A DNA stretch of 64,000 bases, taken from positions 125 to 64,124 of IMG/VR virus record IMGVR_UViG_3300047564_006189; one strand, 5' to 3'. Of the stretch, positions 50,255 to 59,931 are shown piece after piece (the first letter of the stretch is position 1; the number at the start of each line of letters is the position of its first letter). A model generated the notes under the pieces. The model worked only from the letters and a program-made list of their open reading frames with translations. It was not told the origin of the DNA and made no database searches. A program made the position numbers and the translations under genes. This DNA is from a virus. Lineage: Duplodnaviria > Caudoviricetes.

Positions 50255-51355
50255 TCACACTGGTGTTTTAACTATTTTAACCTTCATTTCTGTCGGTTTA
50301 ATCTCGCCTTTGGTATTTCTTATTTCAATAATATATGATGCAAATTCATTTGACAATTTTATTTTAAGCTGTTTAGAGGTAGTGTGTGGATAGCAGATTT
50401 CAGAGACACACAAATCCTTTAATAAAATGTCATGCACAAATTCCTTATCCATCTTTAGAACTTTAAAATTCGTACCGACGTTTCGAACATACAGATAATT
50501 AAAACCCCACGATTTGATCATAAAATCATAAAAGGCACTGTCTATTGGAATTTTTCTAACTGTGCTGTCTGTGATGGGCTTCATTACCTTTTCGTCTCTA
50601 TATGACTTAAGGCCTTTTGAGAATATTGAAAAATTGACGCCTATTTCACGCAGCATTTCATAAAGCGAATTAGACTTATTTACTGCTAGTTGCTCGGTGA
50701 ATAAACGCTTCATGCCAATATTTGCAAAAGTGTCGCCTGTTTGATTCTTAATGGAGAGGTAGAGACAGGTTTCATTTTGCAATTCTACTATAATATCGGC
50801 AACAACTTCACCAATTTTCTCGGCCGGAATATTTGCGCGTGACGTTTGCCCAGATCTTTTTCTTATTTCCTTAATTTGCGAGATGTCAAAATCTTGAATT
50901 GCATTTTTAATGGCGTTGAATAAATTTTTAGCTTCTTCAACTTTGGCATTCTTAATTGGGTCTTTAGCATACTTCTTAAGTTTTGAAAATAATTCTTTTT
51001 CAAAAATTTCGCCCTCATTAGCGCCTCTTACGATAACCACATCATATTTTTTATCATGCTTTTCAAATGAAACGCTAGTCGCTTTCTCAGAATTCAGATT
51101 AGTTTTTATATTTCCGATATCAAGTTTTTGAGCGGCCAACCTTAGTTGATTTTCTAGTATTTCTGCGGTCGGCAAATTTACACAGTCCTTGATTTTCTTA
51201 GGTCTTAACTTAATCTCAAATGATTTGTCTTCAGCAAGCTTACGCTTTTTTGAGATAACAAGGCCTAATGCATCTTCCATTTCCTTGGCGAAGTTATTAA
51301 CAAAAGCCGCGTCTGAAGTTAGGTGCTCATTCAAGGCAGGTTCTTCTAATCTCAT
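50255..51355 (-). CDS. putative PD-(D/E)xK nuclease-fold protein
   Basis: GEIFEKEL...VADIIV...YLSIK spacing; TATAAATA at 51384-51391. Confidence 0.5.
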   Translation of the reverse strand: MRLEEPALNEHLTSDAAFVNNFAKEMEDALGLVISKKRKLAEDKSFEIKLRPKKIKDCVNLPTAEILENQLRLAAQKLDIGNIKTNLNSEKATSVSFEKHDKKYDVVIVRGANEGEIFEKELFSKLKKYAKDPIKNAKVEEAKNLFNAIKNAIQDFDISQIKEIRKRSGQTSRANIPAEKIGEVVADIIVELQNETCLYLSIKNQTGDTFANIGMKRLFTEQLAVNKSNSLYEMLREIGVNFSIFSKGLKSYRDEKVMKPITDSTVRKIPIDSAFYDFMIKSWGFNYLYVRNVGTNFKVLKMDKEFVHDILLKDLCVSEICYPHTTSKQLKIKLSNEFASYIIEIRNTKGEIKPTEMKVKIVKTPV

Positions 51356-51416
51356 TATATTTAAAAGTTGAAAAAAGTCAATTTATTTATACTATTTTTA
51401 TAAAAATTAGTTAATT

Positions 51417-51713
51417 TTAGTGCTTTTTTAAATAATTTAACCAATTTTTTATTCTTTCGAGTTTATCTATTTTTGCTGAGTTTAACATTTCATCTGTCAA
51501 CCCTAACTCTGCCTGCTTTGTTAATTCTATTAGAGCCAGTACGTCTCCCAATTCTATTGCCAGCATTTCAAAATTCGTAGTGCCCTTATATTCAGTGTTG
51601 AGCCCAAAGCGTTTTATCTTTGAAATTGCCTGAATAACCTCGGCACATTCTTCGGCCAAGATTAATAGTATTTCTGTTTGGGTTGGAGTTAATTCATGCA
51701 TCAATAACCTCAT
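51417..51713 (-). CDS. MazG-like NTP pyrophosphohydrolase
   Basis: LAEECAEVIQAISK...ELGDVL. Confidence 0.8.
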   Translation of the reverse strand: MRLLMHELTPTQTEILLILAEECAEVIQAISKIKRFGLNTEYKGTTNFEMLAIELGDVLALIELTKQAELGLTDEMLNSAKIDKLERIKNWLNYLKKH

Positions 51714-52386
51714 TTAATAATTTTGGTTTGTAGCCAGTAATTTCTGCCGAAACATTAATGTGTTTATTAGAATCTGGGACTGACCTATGGTGGATGTGCC
51801 CATGAATATTAATAACATTTTCCGGAAGCATCTCAGTTCTTATTGGGTAATGAGTGACCCAATATTCTTTGCCGCCGTGAAAAAACACCTGGATGGCGTC
51901 AGCCCATGGAAATTTAAGATTTGAGCCCCAAACATCTTGGTCATGATTGCCTGCAATTAATCTGCATGGCTGAAATTTGGCCCATTGACTTTCCACGAAA
52001 TCCTTTTTGCCCATCGCAAAATCGCCAACAATTATTGCAAGATCTTCACGCGGAATGTTTTGCGCGGCAGCTATTAAAGCGGCATTCATTTCTGATGAAG
52101 AGTTAAACGGACGTGAGCAATACTTTATAATGTTTTGGTGATTTAAATGTAGATCTGACCAGAACCAGACGTTTTTATTTGCAACCAATGCGGCCTGCAG
52201 CCAAGCAGTCTGTTCTGCGGTTCCCTGCAGGGCGTTATGATTAATGTCAGATAACAACCTGACAAACTTGTCCTTAGCTGGCTTTGCAGGGCTGTCAGAG
52301 TGGGACATAACTATTGGCGAAGACAAGTGCTCAGCGTAAACACGAAACGCGTATTTTCTTCTTTCAACAGCTTTGTCAATCAACAT
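51694..52386 (-). CDS. calcineurin-like metallophosphoesterase
   Basis: SDLHLNH, VGD, GNHD, THYP, HGHIH. Confidence 0.88.
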   Translation of the reverse strand: MLIDKAVERRKYAFRVYAEHLSSPIVMSHSDSPAKPAKDKFVRLLSDINHNALQGTAEQTAWLQAALVANKNVWFWSDLHLNHQNIIKYCSRPFNSSSEMNAALIAAAQNIPREDLAIIVGDFAMGKKDFVESQWAKFQPCRLIAGNHDQDVWGSNLKFPWADAIQVFFHGGKEYWVTHYPIRTEMLPENVINIHGHIHHRSVPDSNKHINVSAEITGYKPKLLNEVIDA

Positions 52387-52389
52387 AAT

Positions 52390-52734
52390 TTAGGCATGTT
52401 GCAGTTTATTAAAACACTCGTGTTCAACATTCACAAATTTGTCAAGTCCATCATTAGCTTTTACCGAAAAATTATTCCAAGAAATATAGATTTGACTTGG
52501 TTGTTCAGAGTCTGCGTAGATGTCAATAATAGAATCTAACTTAATGCACGGCTCTTGTTTCCAATTTTCAGTTGGTTTTTTCCAGTGGAAATTGCCAACG
52601 TCTTTACTTTCTGGAATATGAGCTAAATCATCTACCTGCTGACACATGATGGCTGTTTTAAGAACCAATTTTTTGAATAGGTATTCTGTTAAGGCGTCTG
52701 CCGGTTCGTAAAGATTCATTGAATTTTCTTTCAT
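52390..52734 (-). CDS. hypothetical protein
   Basis: co-oriented ORF. Confidence 0.55.
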   Translation of the reverse strand: MKENSMNLYEPADALTEYLFKKLVLKTAIMCQQVDDLAHIPESKDVGNFHWKKPTENWKQEPCIKLDSIIDIYADSEQPSQIYISWNNFSVKANDGLDKFVNVEHECFNKLQHA

Positions 52735-52777
52735 TTTATTTTACCAATCTAAGTTATTTAAGAAATGACAGCGACCT

Positions 52778-53701
52778 TTAGACTGCCATTGCTAATTTGA
52801 TTGGGTTATGGTGAACATAGTCAACTAGCTCAATATCAGTCATTTTGAAATCATCAATCTTAGAGATGTTTTTATTCAGTCGCAATTTGGGCATCGCAAA
52901 TGGAGTACGCTCAAGCTGCTGCTTTACGCCTTCGATATGATTCTTGTAAATGTGAGCATCCCCCAGACTCATAACAAGTTCACCAACTTCGAGGTCACAA
53001 ACTTGTGCAATCAGGTGAGTCAGGAGGGCATAGCTCGCGATATTGAACGGCAACCCAATCGCTACGTCACATGACCGTTGAGTCATCAAACACGACAGCT
53101 CACGCCGCTTGTTAACGCTGAATTGCATTGCAAAGTGACATGGCGGTAGAGCCATTTGATCTAACTCGCCTGGGTTCCACGCGCTTAGCACGTGTCGTCG
53201 ACCGAATAGATCTTTTTTAATTCCTTCAATCAAATTAGCAAGCTGGTCAACTTTTCTAATTTGTACCTTGGCCCTGAAATAAGTGCGACTGCCATCATCA
53301 TGTTCTACGTAATCATTGCTGAATTCTTCAAATACGTGGGCATGTTTCCAGTCGCGCCACTGAGCGCCATAGACTCTCCCAAGATCGCCGTCATACTTGG
53401 CTTTTGGCTTCCAATATCCAGCCAAAGCATTTGGCGTCCAAATTGTGACGACGCCTTCACGGCTCCCGTGGGTGATCTCAGCCAGTCTCCGCTCATCTGT
53501 TGAGCCTTCAATAAACCAAAGCAACTCGCCGACTACAGCCTTCCACGCAAGCTTTTTAGTTGTTAGAGCGGGGAAGCCCTTCTGCAGGTCAAATCTCAGT
53601 TGTCTGCCAAATACTGCGACAGTGCCAACTTGGGTACGATCATCTCGCTCTTCACCATTTTCGAGAATGTCACACAGAAGATCTAAATATTGCTGTTCCA
53701 C
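52778..53701 (-). CDS. thyA: thymidylate synthase
   Basis: DRTQVGT, ELLWF, YGAQWR, ALPPCH, QRSCD, GLPFNIASY, GDAHIY. Confidence 0.96.
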   Translation of the reverse strand: MEQQYLDLLCDILENGEERDDRTQVGTVAVFGRQLRFDLQKGFPALTTKKLAWKAVVGELLWFIEGSTDERRLAEITHGSREGVVTIWTPNALAGYWKPKAKYDGDLGRVYGAQWRDWKHAHVFEEFSNDYVEHDDGSRTYFRAKVQIRKVDQLANLIEGIKKDLFGRRHVLSAWNPGELDQMALPPCHFAMQFSVNKRRELSCLMTQRSCDVAIGLPFNIASYALLTHLIAQVCDLEVGELVMSLGDAHIYKNHIEGVKQQLERTPFAMPKLRLNKNISKIDDFKMTDIELVDYVHHNPIKLAMAV

Positions 53702-54112
53702 TTATTTTGCTCCGTGCTCGGCTAGAACTTGAAGTTGCTCTTCAGTTGGACTTTTCCAGCCTTTTGGTTTGACAACATCAAGGCTTGTACCACGCTTAGA
53801 ATCTTTTGCACTCTTGGCCCGCACTTTTGACATGTTTGCTTTTTGAACAGGATCCCAAAGGTCTGACCAAAGATCATGATCTGCACCCATCATGTGTGAA
53901 GTACCGTACGCGACATATACCAAATCGAGCAGAGCGTCAAACGCTTCTTGCAAATTACCTTCTTCCGAGGCTTTTTTAAATTCATCCAATTCTTCCTGAA
54001 GAAACTTAACGCGAAAGTTAAGTGCTTCACCAGTCAGCAGTGTTGGCGTGCTTGAAACTGGGACTTCAAATTTGTCATGAAAATCCATTACATCATAATA
54101 TCCGGAATGCAT
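53702..54112 (-). CDS. all-alpha NTP pyrophosphatase (MazG/PRA-PH-like, possible dUTPase)
   Basis: LQEELDEF, DALLDLVYV, ANMSK, KPKGW. Confidence 0.8.
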   Translation of the reverse strand: MHSGYYDVMDFHDKFEVPVSSTPTLLTGEALNFRVKFLQEELDEFKKASEEGNLQEAFDALLDLVYVAYGTSHMMGADHDLWSDLWDPVQKANMSKVRAKSAKDSKRGTSLDVVKPKGWKSPTEEQLQVLAEHGAK

Positions 54113-54121
54113 AATTTCTCC

Positions 54122-55429
54122 TTAAAGGTCAAGCTCTTTTAATTCTGTTAGATATAATTTTTTGGCAGTGGTACTGTTCAACATTAGAATTTTTTCTTCA
54201 GAGTCGCCAATTTCTTTTCTGAGCTTCTCAATTTCATCATGCGTTAAAGTATATATTGGAAGCCGCAGCAGCCGGTCAACCTCTTTAAATTTGTTTTTCT
54301 CAAGTAAAGATAATAATTCTAGTTTTGGTTGACCAGCAAAATCTTTGGTGTGCTTAAGATAAAACATCACAAAGCGCATCTTTTCATTAAGCCAATCAAG
54401 CTGTTCGATTTCCAAATCAAGAAGTTTGAGACGACGATCTTCATAACGTTCAAGTCGCCAATTAACAAATTCTTCCAAAATTTGCTCTGGTATTTCATAC
54501 TCACGAATTTTGTTATTGGTGTCCCACAGCGTGAAGTTCTCAGTTTCACGAGAAATCAACTTGAATTTCTTCATCAGCACGTCGTTTGACAAAGACGTCG
54601 TAGTTCTTGGTGCGTTGATGACAAACTCAAAAGCTGTTTCAGTTGACATATCTTCAAAACCTTTTATTAGGCCTTCATCTTCAAGATCGTACAACACTTT
54701 CTTGAAGTCATCGAGATACATGCCAATTGGTAGCTCAGAAACCTTGATCGTAGTCGTGTTTACGATTTCTAATTTTCCCTCAATAATAACCTGTCTTTCC
54801 ACTTTACCAACTTTACCTGTGAAGCCTCTGAACCAAGGTAGTAGTTGTGAAGATGCCTTCTTACCATTAACAATCGCAATGGCATGTGTCTTAAGATCTT
54901 CTGGGTTGTAACTTAGAATGTTAGAAGCATAACCGGTGCCAACTCCTCGGCTACCATTAATTAACACGAGTGGTAACAGCGGAATGTAGTATTCAGGTTC
55001 TATTTCATCGCCATCTTCAACCATGTGTTTAAGAATAATGTCATCTTCTTTCTTAAACAGCTTACGAAAATTGGAAGAAAATTTCGTAAAGATGTAACGC
55101 GCTGACGCAGCAGTTGGGGAAAGTCGTGAACCAAATTGTCCAAGCGGTTCAAACAGATTAACATTATTTGAACCAGCAAAAGTTTGTGCTAGTCCAACTA
55201 AAGTTGATTCAAGCGAACCCGTGCCATGGTGATATTTGGTGTCTGCTGCGATTGAGGCTGCCAACCTTTCAATCTGAACTTCTCCAGCATTTTCACCACG
55301 CTGCTGAGTGCCATAGATACATTTGCGCTGTGCTGGTTTAAAACCATCACGCAGGCTTGGAATACTTCTCACATTATCATACCGTGAGAATTGAACAAAC
55401 TCTTGGTCAAAATATTGCTTCACACGCAT
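54122..55429 (-). CDS. type IIA topoisomerase, GyrA/T4 gp52-like subunit
   Basis: DGFKPAQRK, YHHG, GQFGSR, active-site ASARY, GVGTG. Confidence 0.93.
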   Translation of the reverse strand: MRVKQYFDQEFVQFSRYDNVRSIPSLRDGFKPAQRKCIYGTQQRGENAGEVQIERLAASIAADTKYHHGTGSLESTLVGLAQTFAGSNNVNLFEPLGQFGSRLSPTAASARYIFTKFSSNFRKLFKKEDDIILKHMVEDGDEIEPEYYIPLLPLVLINGSRGVGTGYASNILSYNPEDLKTHAIAIVNGKKASSQLLPWFRGFTGKVGKVERQVIIEGKLEIVNTTTIKVSELPIGMYLDDFKKVLYDLEDEGLIKGFEDMSTETAFEFVINAPRTTTSLSNDVLMKKFKLISRETENFTLWDTNNKIREYEIPEQILEEFVNWRLERYEDRRLKLLDLEIEQLDWLNEKMRFVMFYLKHTKDFAGQPKLELLSLLEKNKFKEVDRLLRLPIYTLTHDEIEKLRKEIGDSEEKILMLNSTTAKKLYLTELKELDL

Positions 55430-55492
55430 ACAGAGATATCCACTAGAAGTAGTTGTTTAATTATAACATAATTTGGACTGCGTGAATACATG

Positions 55493-55780
55493 TCATGAGT
55501 ATGTCGCAGTGTCGCTGATTCGAGTCACCGCAGCTTCAGTTACTGTGCCATAGAGAAGGGCTTGTGAAAATAAAACAGGGTGGCCAGCAACTTGACGATA
55601 TTCAGTCAACGTCAACATGCTGCAATTATCGCGCGAACTGTGATACATCGAAGTGACCTGAGCAACGGTGCCTGAGCTTTTAATTCTAACCAGGTCACCA
55701 ACTTTGATATCTGATTGTGAGAGAGTATTCATTTTAGTTACTGTGTCCTTAGGATTTTGGCTTGTTGAGAAAATTTTCAC
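55493..55780 (-). CDS. hypothetical protein (KOW/SH3-like start) between the topoisomerase subunits
   Basis: IKVGDLVRIKS; GAGGA RBS. Confidence 0.6.
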   Translation of the reverse strand: MKIFSTSQNPKDTVTKMNTLSQSDIKVGDLVRIKSSGTVAQVTSMYHSSRDNCSMLTLTEYRQVAGHPVLFSQALLYGTVTEAAVTRISDTATYS

Positions 55781-55790
55781 TTCAGTCCTC

Positions 55791-57683
55791 TTAAGTAAGA
55801 GCTACCCATTCTTTACGATCGTCAGCTCGGTTTTTATTAAATGCTAAGTCAACTGCATCACCATCTTTCATATCTTCGACCGTCAATTGAACTAGATGTT
55901 TATCCATGTTTTGGAGATATTCACCAAACTCTTTTGCGGTCGAGGTTCCAAGACCTTTGTACCAACGCATTTTATGTTTAACGTTTTCGTTCTTCTGCTG
56001 CCACTGCGCATATTCTGCCTCAGTGTAAAACCAATGCTCTTCCTTCTTCTTGCCTTCAGTCCAAATTTTGATAAGTGGAGTTTTGAAATAATGAACGATG
56101 CCTAGCTCAAAAAGTTCTGGCCAAAAGGTGAAGAACAAATTTGTTAACAGGCCAGTGATGTGGGCACCATCTAAGTCAGCATCGCAGGTTGCAACAATTT
56201 TGCCAAATCTGAGTGAGCCAACACTGACAACCTTCTCACCAAGCTTTAAGCCGGTGATTGTCAGAATTTTTTTGATCTCTTCGTTCTCTAGGATTTTTTT
56301 CGTGTCAATGTCGCGCACATTCAGCGGCTTGCCTCGAAGAGGAAAGCTGCCGATGTAAGGATTTTTCCCACGCCCGGCTTGAACTGACTTTGCAGAACTA
56401 TCGCCCTCAGTCAAAAACAAGATACATTTACTTCGTTCTTTCTTTTCGCCGGCATCTGAAAATTTCTCAACTCGACGCGGATCAGTTTTGTCAGCCTCTT
56501 TATTCAACTTCCTGAGTTCGGCGAGCTGCTGCGCTTGTGCTTTGGCATTGACCCAATCTAACACAGACTGAATGATCGGAGATTGCGTCAGGCGTTTAAT
56601 AAACTTTTCAGACACAGAAGCCTGAGTTCTTACTTCCCTCGGAAGTTCAGAAATCAATTTTTCTTTTGTCTGACTGTCATATTTTGGATTGACAATCGTT
56701 GAGTCTAAGAAAAGCAACAGGTGACCTTTAATATCCGCTGGTTTAACTTCAACTTTATGCTTTTTCTTAAAGAATGTGCGAAGATTTTCAACGATGTCAG
56801 TTGCTACGTGTTCAACGTGAGAGCCACCAACAATTGTTTCAGAACCATTAACGAACGAAACATGTTGGAACCCGTCATCTGACGGCGCAACCGCTAGTCT
56901 CCACCCGCATTCCAATTCTTCATACTCAAGCTCAGACGTGTAAAGAGAAACATAATCCTTAAAGGTCTTAAGCTGAATTCTAGTTCCGTTCAGGTGAACT
57001 TTGAGCGTTGGATTGCAGGCAGCTACATCAACTACACGCTTAACTAGCTTGGCATAGTTGTCATCATCGAGCGTGCAGCCAAGTCTTTCATAATCTGGCA
57101 GAAACGTGATCTTAGTGTGATTCTTGTCGCTTTCACGAATCTTTGGCTCTTTCCTGACGTGGTTGTTGTCCAAAAATTCTTGTTTAAAGGCCTTGACACC
57201 GTCACAAGTTTCAACTATGAACTTTTTCGAAAAGATATTAACTAGCGAGGCGCCAACTCCATTAGTGCCGACCCAAGTTCTTTCGTCATCGTCATTGAAG
57301 TTTGACCCAGCCTTAAGCTCTGCAAACACCATCGTCGGCACGTACATATTGTGTTCTGGGTGCAGCTGAACTGGAATTCCGCCGTTATCATAAACTGAGA
57401 TTTCACCAGTTTGCCGGTCGACTTCAACTTTGATTACGTCAAGCTTCGAGCCAGCTCGCTTGCTTTCATCGACTGAGTTTGAAATAACCTCATCAAATAA
57501 TTTTTGCAGGCCAGGATTCCATGTTAATTCTTTTTTGATCATCTTAGCATCAGCTTCATCATATGCCCAAGTGACAGCAGTATGTGGCTGAGTTGAACCA
57601 ATGTACATGCCTGGCCGTAACAGCACGTGCTCGATGTCAGTGAGCTTTTTATATTTCTGTGCTATATCAACTTGCTTCGCCAT
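55791..57683 (-). CDS. type IIA topoisomerase, GyrB-like subunit (T4 gp39+gp60 equivalent in one chain)
   Basis: RPGMYIG, EVISNSVDE, GTNGVG, TEGDSS, PLRGK, DADLDG, YKGLG. Confidence 0.95.
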   Translation of the reverse strand: MAKQVDIAQKYKKLTDIEHVLLRPGMYIGSTQPHTAVTWAYDEADAKMIKKELTWNPGLQKLFDEVISNSVDESKRAGSKLDVIKVEVDRQTGEISVYDNGGIPVQLHPEHNMYVPTMVFAELKAGSNFNDDDERTWVGTNGVGASLVNIFSKKFIVETCDGVKAFKQEFLDNNHVRKEPKIRESDKNHTKITFLPDYERLGCTLDDDNYAKLVKRVVDVAACNPTLKVHLNGTRIQLKTFKDYVSLYTSELEYEELECGWRLAVAPSDDGFQHVSFVNGSETIVGGSHVEHVATDIVENLRTFFKKKHKVEVKPADIKGHLLLFLDSTIVNPKYDSQTKEKLISELPREVRTQASVSEKFIKRLTQSPIIQSVLDWVNAKAQAQQLAELRKLNKEADKTDPRRVEKFSDAGEKKERSKCILFLTEGDSSAKSVQAGRGKNPYIGSFPLRGKPLNVRDIDTKKILENEEIKKILTITGLKLGEKVVSVGSLRFGKIVATCDADLDGAHITGLLTNLFFTFWPELFELGIVHYFKTPLIKIWTEGKKKEEHWFYTEAEYAQWQQKNENVKHKMRWYKGLGTSTAKEFGEYLQNMDKHLVQLTVEDMKDGDAVDLAFNKNRADDRKEWVALT

Positions 57684-57776
57684 TCAAGATTCTCCAATTC
57701 TGAGGCAGGATTACGTATCTACTCGTGTCATTATAACACAAATTCAAGCTGCGTGTTTAGAATTTTACTTACGTGT

Positions 57777-58061
57777 TTATTCAGACAAGTCGTCATCTGT
57801 ACCCAGAAACGCCTTCAAGAGATGCTTGCCAACTTCTTGATTACCTGAAACCGCTGCGGCGTATATGGCGCATTCGCGCACTAGTACTTCAGCTAAAGTT
57901 TCGAGTCGTTTGTCCATGACATCCATCGGCATCACATACATTCTGGTTATTTTTTCCGTTTCTGTGGCGTTAAGAGGTTCGCCGCTGGCAAGTTTACTTG
58001 AGGCGCCATATTCTACGAAGCCCGCGCCATGAATAATTGCAGTAACTATTTGATTCTTCAT
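57777..58061 (-). CDS. small protein, divergent 'FAELIV.EC' family
   Basis: LETLAEVLVREC...LLKAFLG. Confidence 0.6.
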   Translation of the reverse strand: MKNQIVTAIIHGAGFVEYGASSKLASGEPLNATETEKITRMYVMPMDVMDKRLETLAEVLVRECAIYAAAVSGNQEVGKHLLKAFLGTDDDLSE

Positions 58062-58096
58062 GTTCTCATATCCCGGTAAAATTATAATTTATCTTA

Positions 58097-58348
58097 TTAA
58101 CACCTAGTTGCCAGTTTAATTGCTAATTCTAAATCTTCCAAATCTTTTCTATGCTGCCATGTTCCATATCTGATTATAGAATCTTTATTAAGACTTAGGC
58201 CACGCAAAGTATCAACACTTAAGATATAACGATACGGCGCGCCGTTTGGATTACGGATACCATGCTCATATAAAAAGTTTTTAAACTGATCATAGTTATA
58301 ACACAGCACGTACTTGTAATTCATGTTCATGACTATTCCTTTTAACAA
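58097..58348 (-). CDS. hypothetical protein
   Basis: DTLRG...YGTW motif. Confidence 0.6.
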   Translation of the reverse strand: MLKGIVMNMNYKYVLCYNYDQFKNFLYEHGIRNPNGAPYRYILSVDTLRGLSLNKDSIIRYGTWQHRKDLEDLELAIKLATRC

Positions 58349-58740
58349 AAATCTTCATCATCAAAATGAAGTTCTGGGACATTCGGAAAAATTCCCATTA
58401 CCCTTTCAATTTCGCACATTAAATTCTGACACAATGCCATAGGATCAAAATTGCCTTTTAGTTCATAGAGATCATTTTGACAAATTACAGCATGTTCACC
58501 TTTTTCGGCTTCATTATAAAGACTAAGATTTGGCTGAATTTCATTCATCTGTTCATCAAATGTTGGGTGACTTTGAACAAATGCGCGAACAAAACAATCA
58601 CGTATATCTCGCACCGTAAGACCTTGCACTAATTGTGAGCCACGCGTTCCGTCACAGCAGTGGGGTTGACCAGAGTATTCACGATCTCGACGCATGTTGT
58701 GGTCTGAACCAAGATGGTCTATGATAGAAGCGATGTCCAT
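58342..58740 (-). CDS. hypothetical protein
   Basis: AGGAG RBS; GLTVRDIRDC...D..A..QNL.CEIE..MGIFPN. Confidence 0.7.
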   Translation of the reverse strand: MDIASIIDHLGSDHNMRRDREYSGQPHCCDGTRGSQLVQGLTVRDIRDCFVRAFVQSHPTFDEQMNEIQPNLSLYNEAEKGEHAVICQNDLYELKGNFDPMALCQNLMCEIERVMGIFPNVPELHFDDEDFC

Positions 58741-58759
58741 TTCAATCTCCTGCTAATTT

Positions 58760-59023
58760 TTATGGCCTAAAAAATAATACGACAAATAAACATACAAAGA
58801 TAAAAGCAATGCAGGCCAGAAAACAACGATGCGTCAAACGTGCATCGTTGTCATAAGCGTCTTGATACAATTTCATATCTTGCCAGAGTTTACCAGATGG
58901 ATCAATTTCTAAATAAATCTCTGATAAACTTTTATTAGCAATGTCAATTACTTTGACTTGTCTTTTTGGTTGAACATGGCCTTCATTATTTTGATCAAGT
59001 TCACCAACTTTTTCATGCGTCAT
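58760..59023 (-). CDS. small membrane protein
   Basis: C-terminal TM helix. Confidence 0.55.
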   Translation of the reverse strand: MTHEKVGELDQNNEGHVQPKRQVKVIDIANKSLSEIYLEIDPSGKLWQDMKLYQDAYDNDARLTHRCFLACIAFIFVCLFVVLFFRP

Positions 59024-59243
59024 TGTTGCACTCCTTCTTAGCTGCCCTAATCACTTCTCGTGCAAATTTAATATGCCACGTAGTTTCATGCACATGCAGT
59101 TCATCTACTGGAATCGAATCAGCAATCTTTGAAATCTGCTCATCTGACAGTTCTTTTTGATTTGATGTCACAGATGGTTCATCCCAATACAACCAAAAAC
59201 CAACGCCAGAATTTGAATTGTTATCATTACGATGTGCTGTCAT
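59013..59243 (-). CDS. hypothetical protein
   Basis: LSDEQI...FAREV motif. Confidence 0.6.
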   Translation of the reverse strand: MTAHRNDNNSNSGVGFWLYWDEPSVTSNQKELSDEQISKIADSIPVDELHVHETTWHIKFAREVIRAAKKECNNDA

Positions 59244-59255
59244 AGATTATTCCTC

Positions 59256-59708
59256 TTATTCAAACACTGAAGTTGATTTATTAAATTTTTCGAAAGTTGC
59301 TCGTGCATATCCAATTAAATCCTTAACCGATGCGGTGTGGCCCCATGCCCCGTGCGGCCAACCAGGGTCGCCATGCACATACAACTGCAGCGGTGCCAAA
59401 AAACCATTTCGCGGTTTCTTAATATAACAGACTTTATAGCCTGGTTCTTTACTACATTGCCAATGCTCAATAATAATCCCAGTATTTGATGTCATATTTT
59501 GCAAGATTAATTTTTCATCCTCAGATAAGTTTTTAGTAACTGAGAATTCTCCACTAGCTACAGTGAGCACATCAAATAAATTGCTGCCGTTTTGAAGCAT
59601 TTCATTTGCGCGTTCCACATTTGCACAGGCTTGCTCATGCTCTAGACATTCGCGCTCAGTGCTGAATTGTAGGCCGTCATGGGCTTCGTACAGCGTAACA
59701 ATTTTCAT
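59256..59708 (-). CDS. hypothetical protein
   Basis: YEAHDG..F.TE.EC..HE N-terminus. Confidence 0.65.
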   Translation of the reverse strand: MKIVTLYEAHDGLQFSTERECLEHEQACANVERANEMLQNGSNLFDVLTVASGEFSVTKNLSEDEKLILQNMTSNTGIIIEHWQCSKEPGYKVCYIKKPRNGFLAPLQLYVHGDPGWPHGAWGHTASVKDLIGYARATFEKFNKSTSVFE

Positions 59709-59738
59709 CTCTAATTCCTTTCTTTAAGATTATCAATT

Positions 59739-59924
59739 TCATTTACGAGCTGCTTCCTGCAATCTTTTTATTTCTGCTGCAGCTTCTTCAAGCAAATCGG
59801 ACAACCGATCGGGCTTACCTTCTTGTACGCTTTTACGCGTGTTGATTTGTCTACGGATTTCGGCACGTTTCAGTAATCTATAAACTAAGCTTTGCTGCTC
59901 ATACGGTAAGTGGCTTTCGTCCAT
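59739..59924 (-). CDS. hypothetical phage protein
   Basis: LVYRL.KRAEIRRQI..RKSVQEG.PDR..DLLEEAA; start moved to MDESH. Confidence 0.65.
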   Translation of the reverse strand: MDESHLPYEQQSLVYRLLKRAEIRRQINTRKSVQEGKPDRLSDLLEEAAAEIKRLQEAARK

Positions 59925-59931
59925 GTTTTTC

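Noticed and set aside
52778-53701. dCMP hydroxymethylase / base-modification pathway
   Set aside because: Canonical ThyA motifs including the dUMP-specifying Asn are present, and no glycosyltransferase or other modification genes are seen here.
55430-55790. Intron, homing endonuclease or translational bypass between the topoisomerase subunits
   Set aside because: Both subunits look complete, and the intervening ORF has its own RBS and no HNH, GIY-YIG or LAGLIDADG motif.
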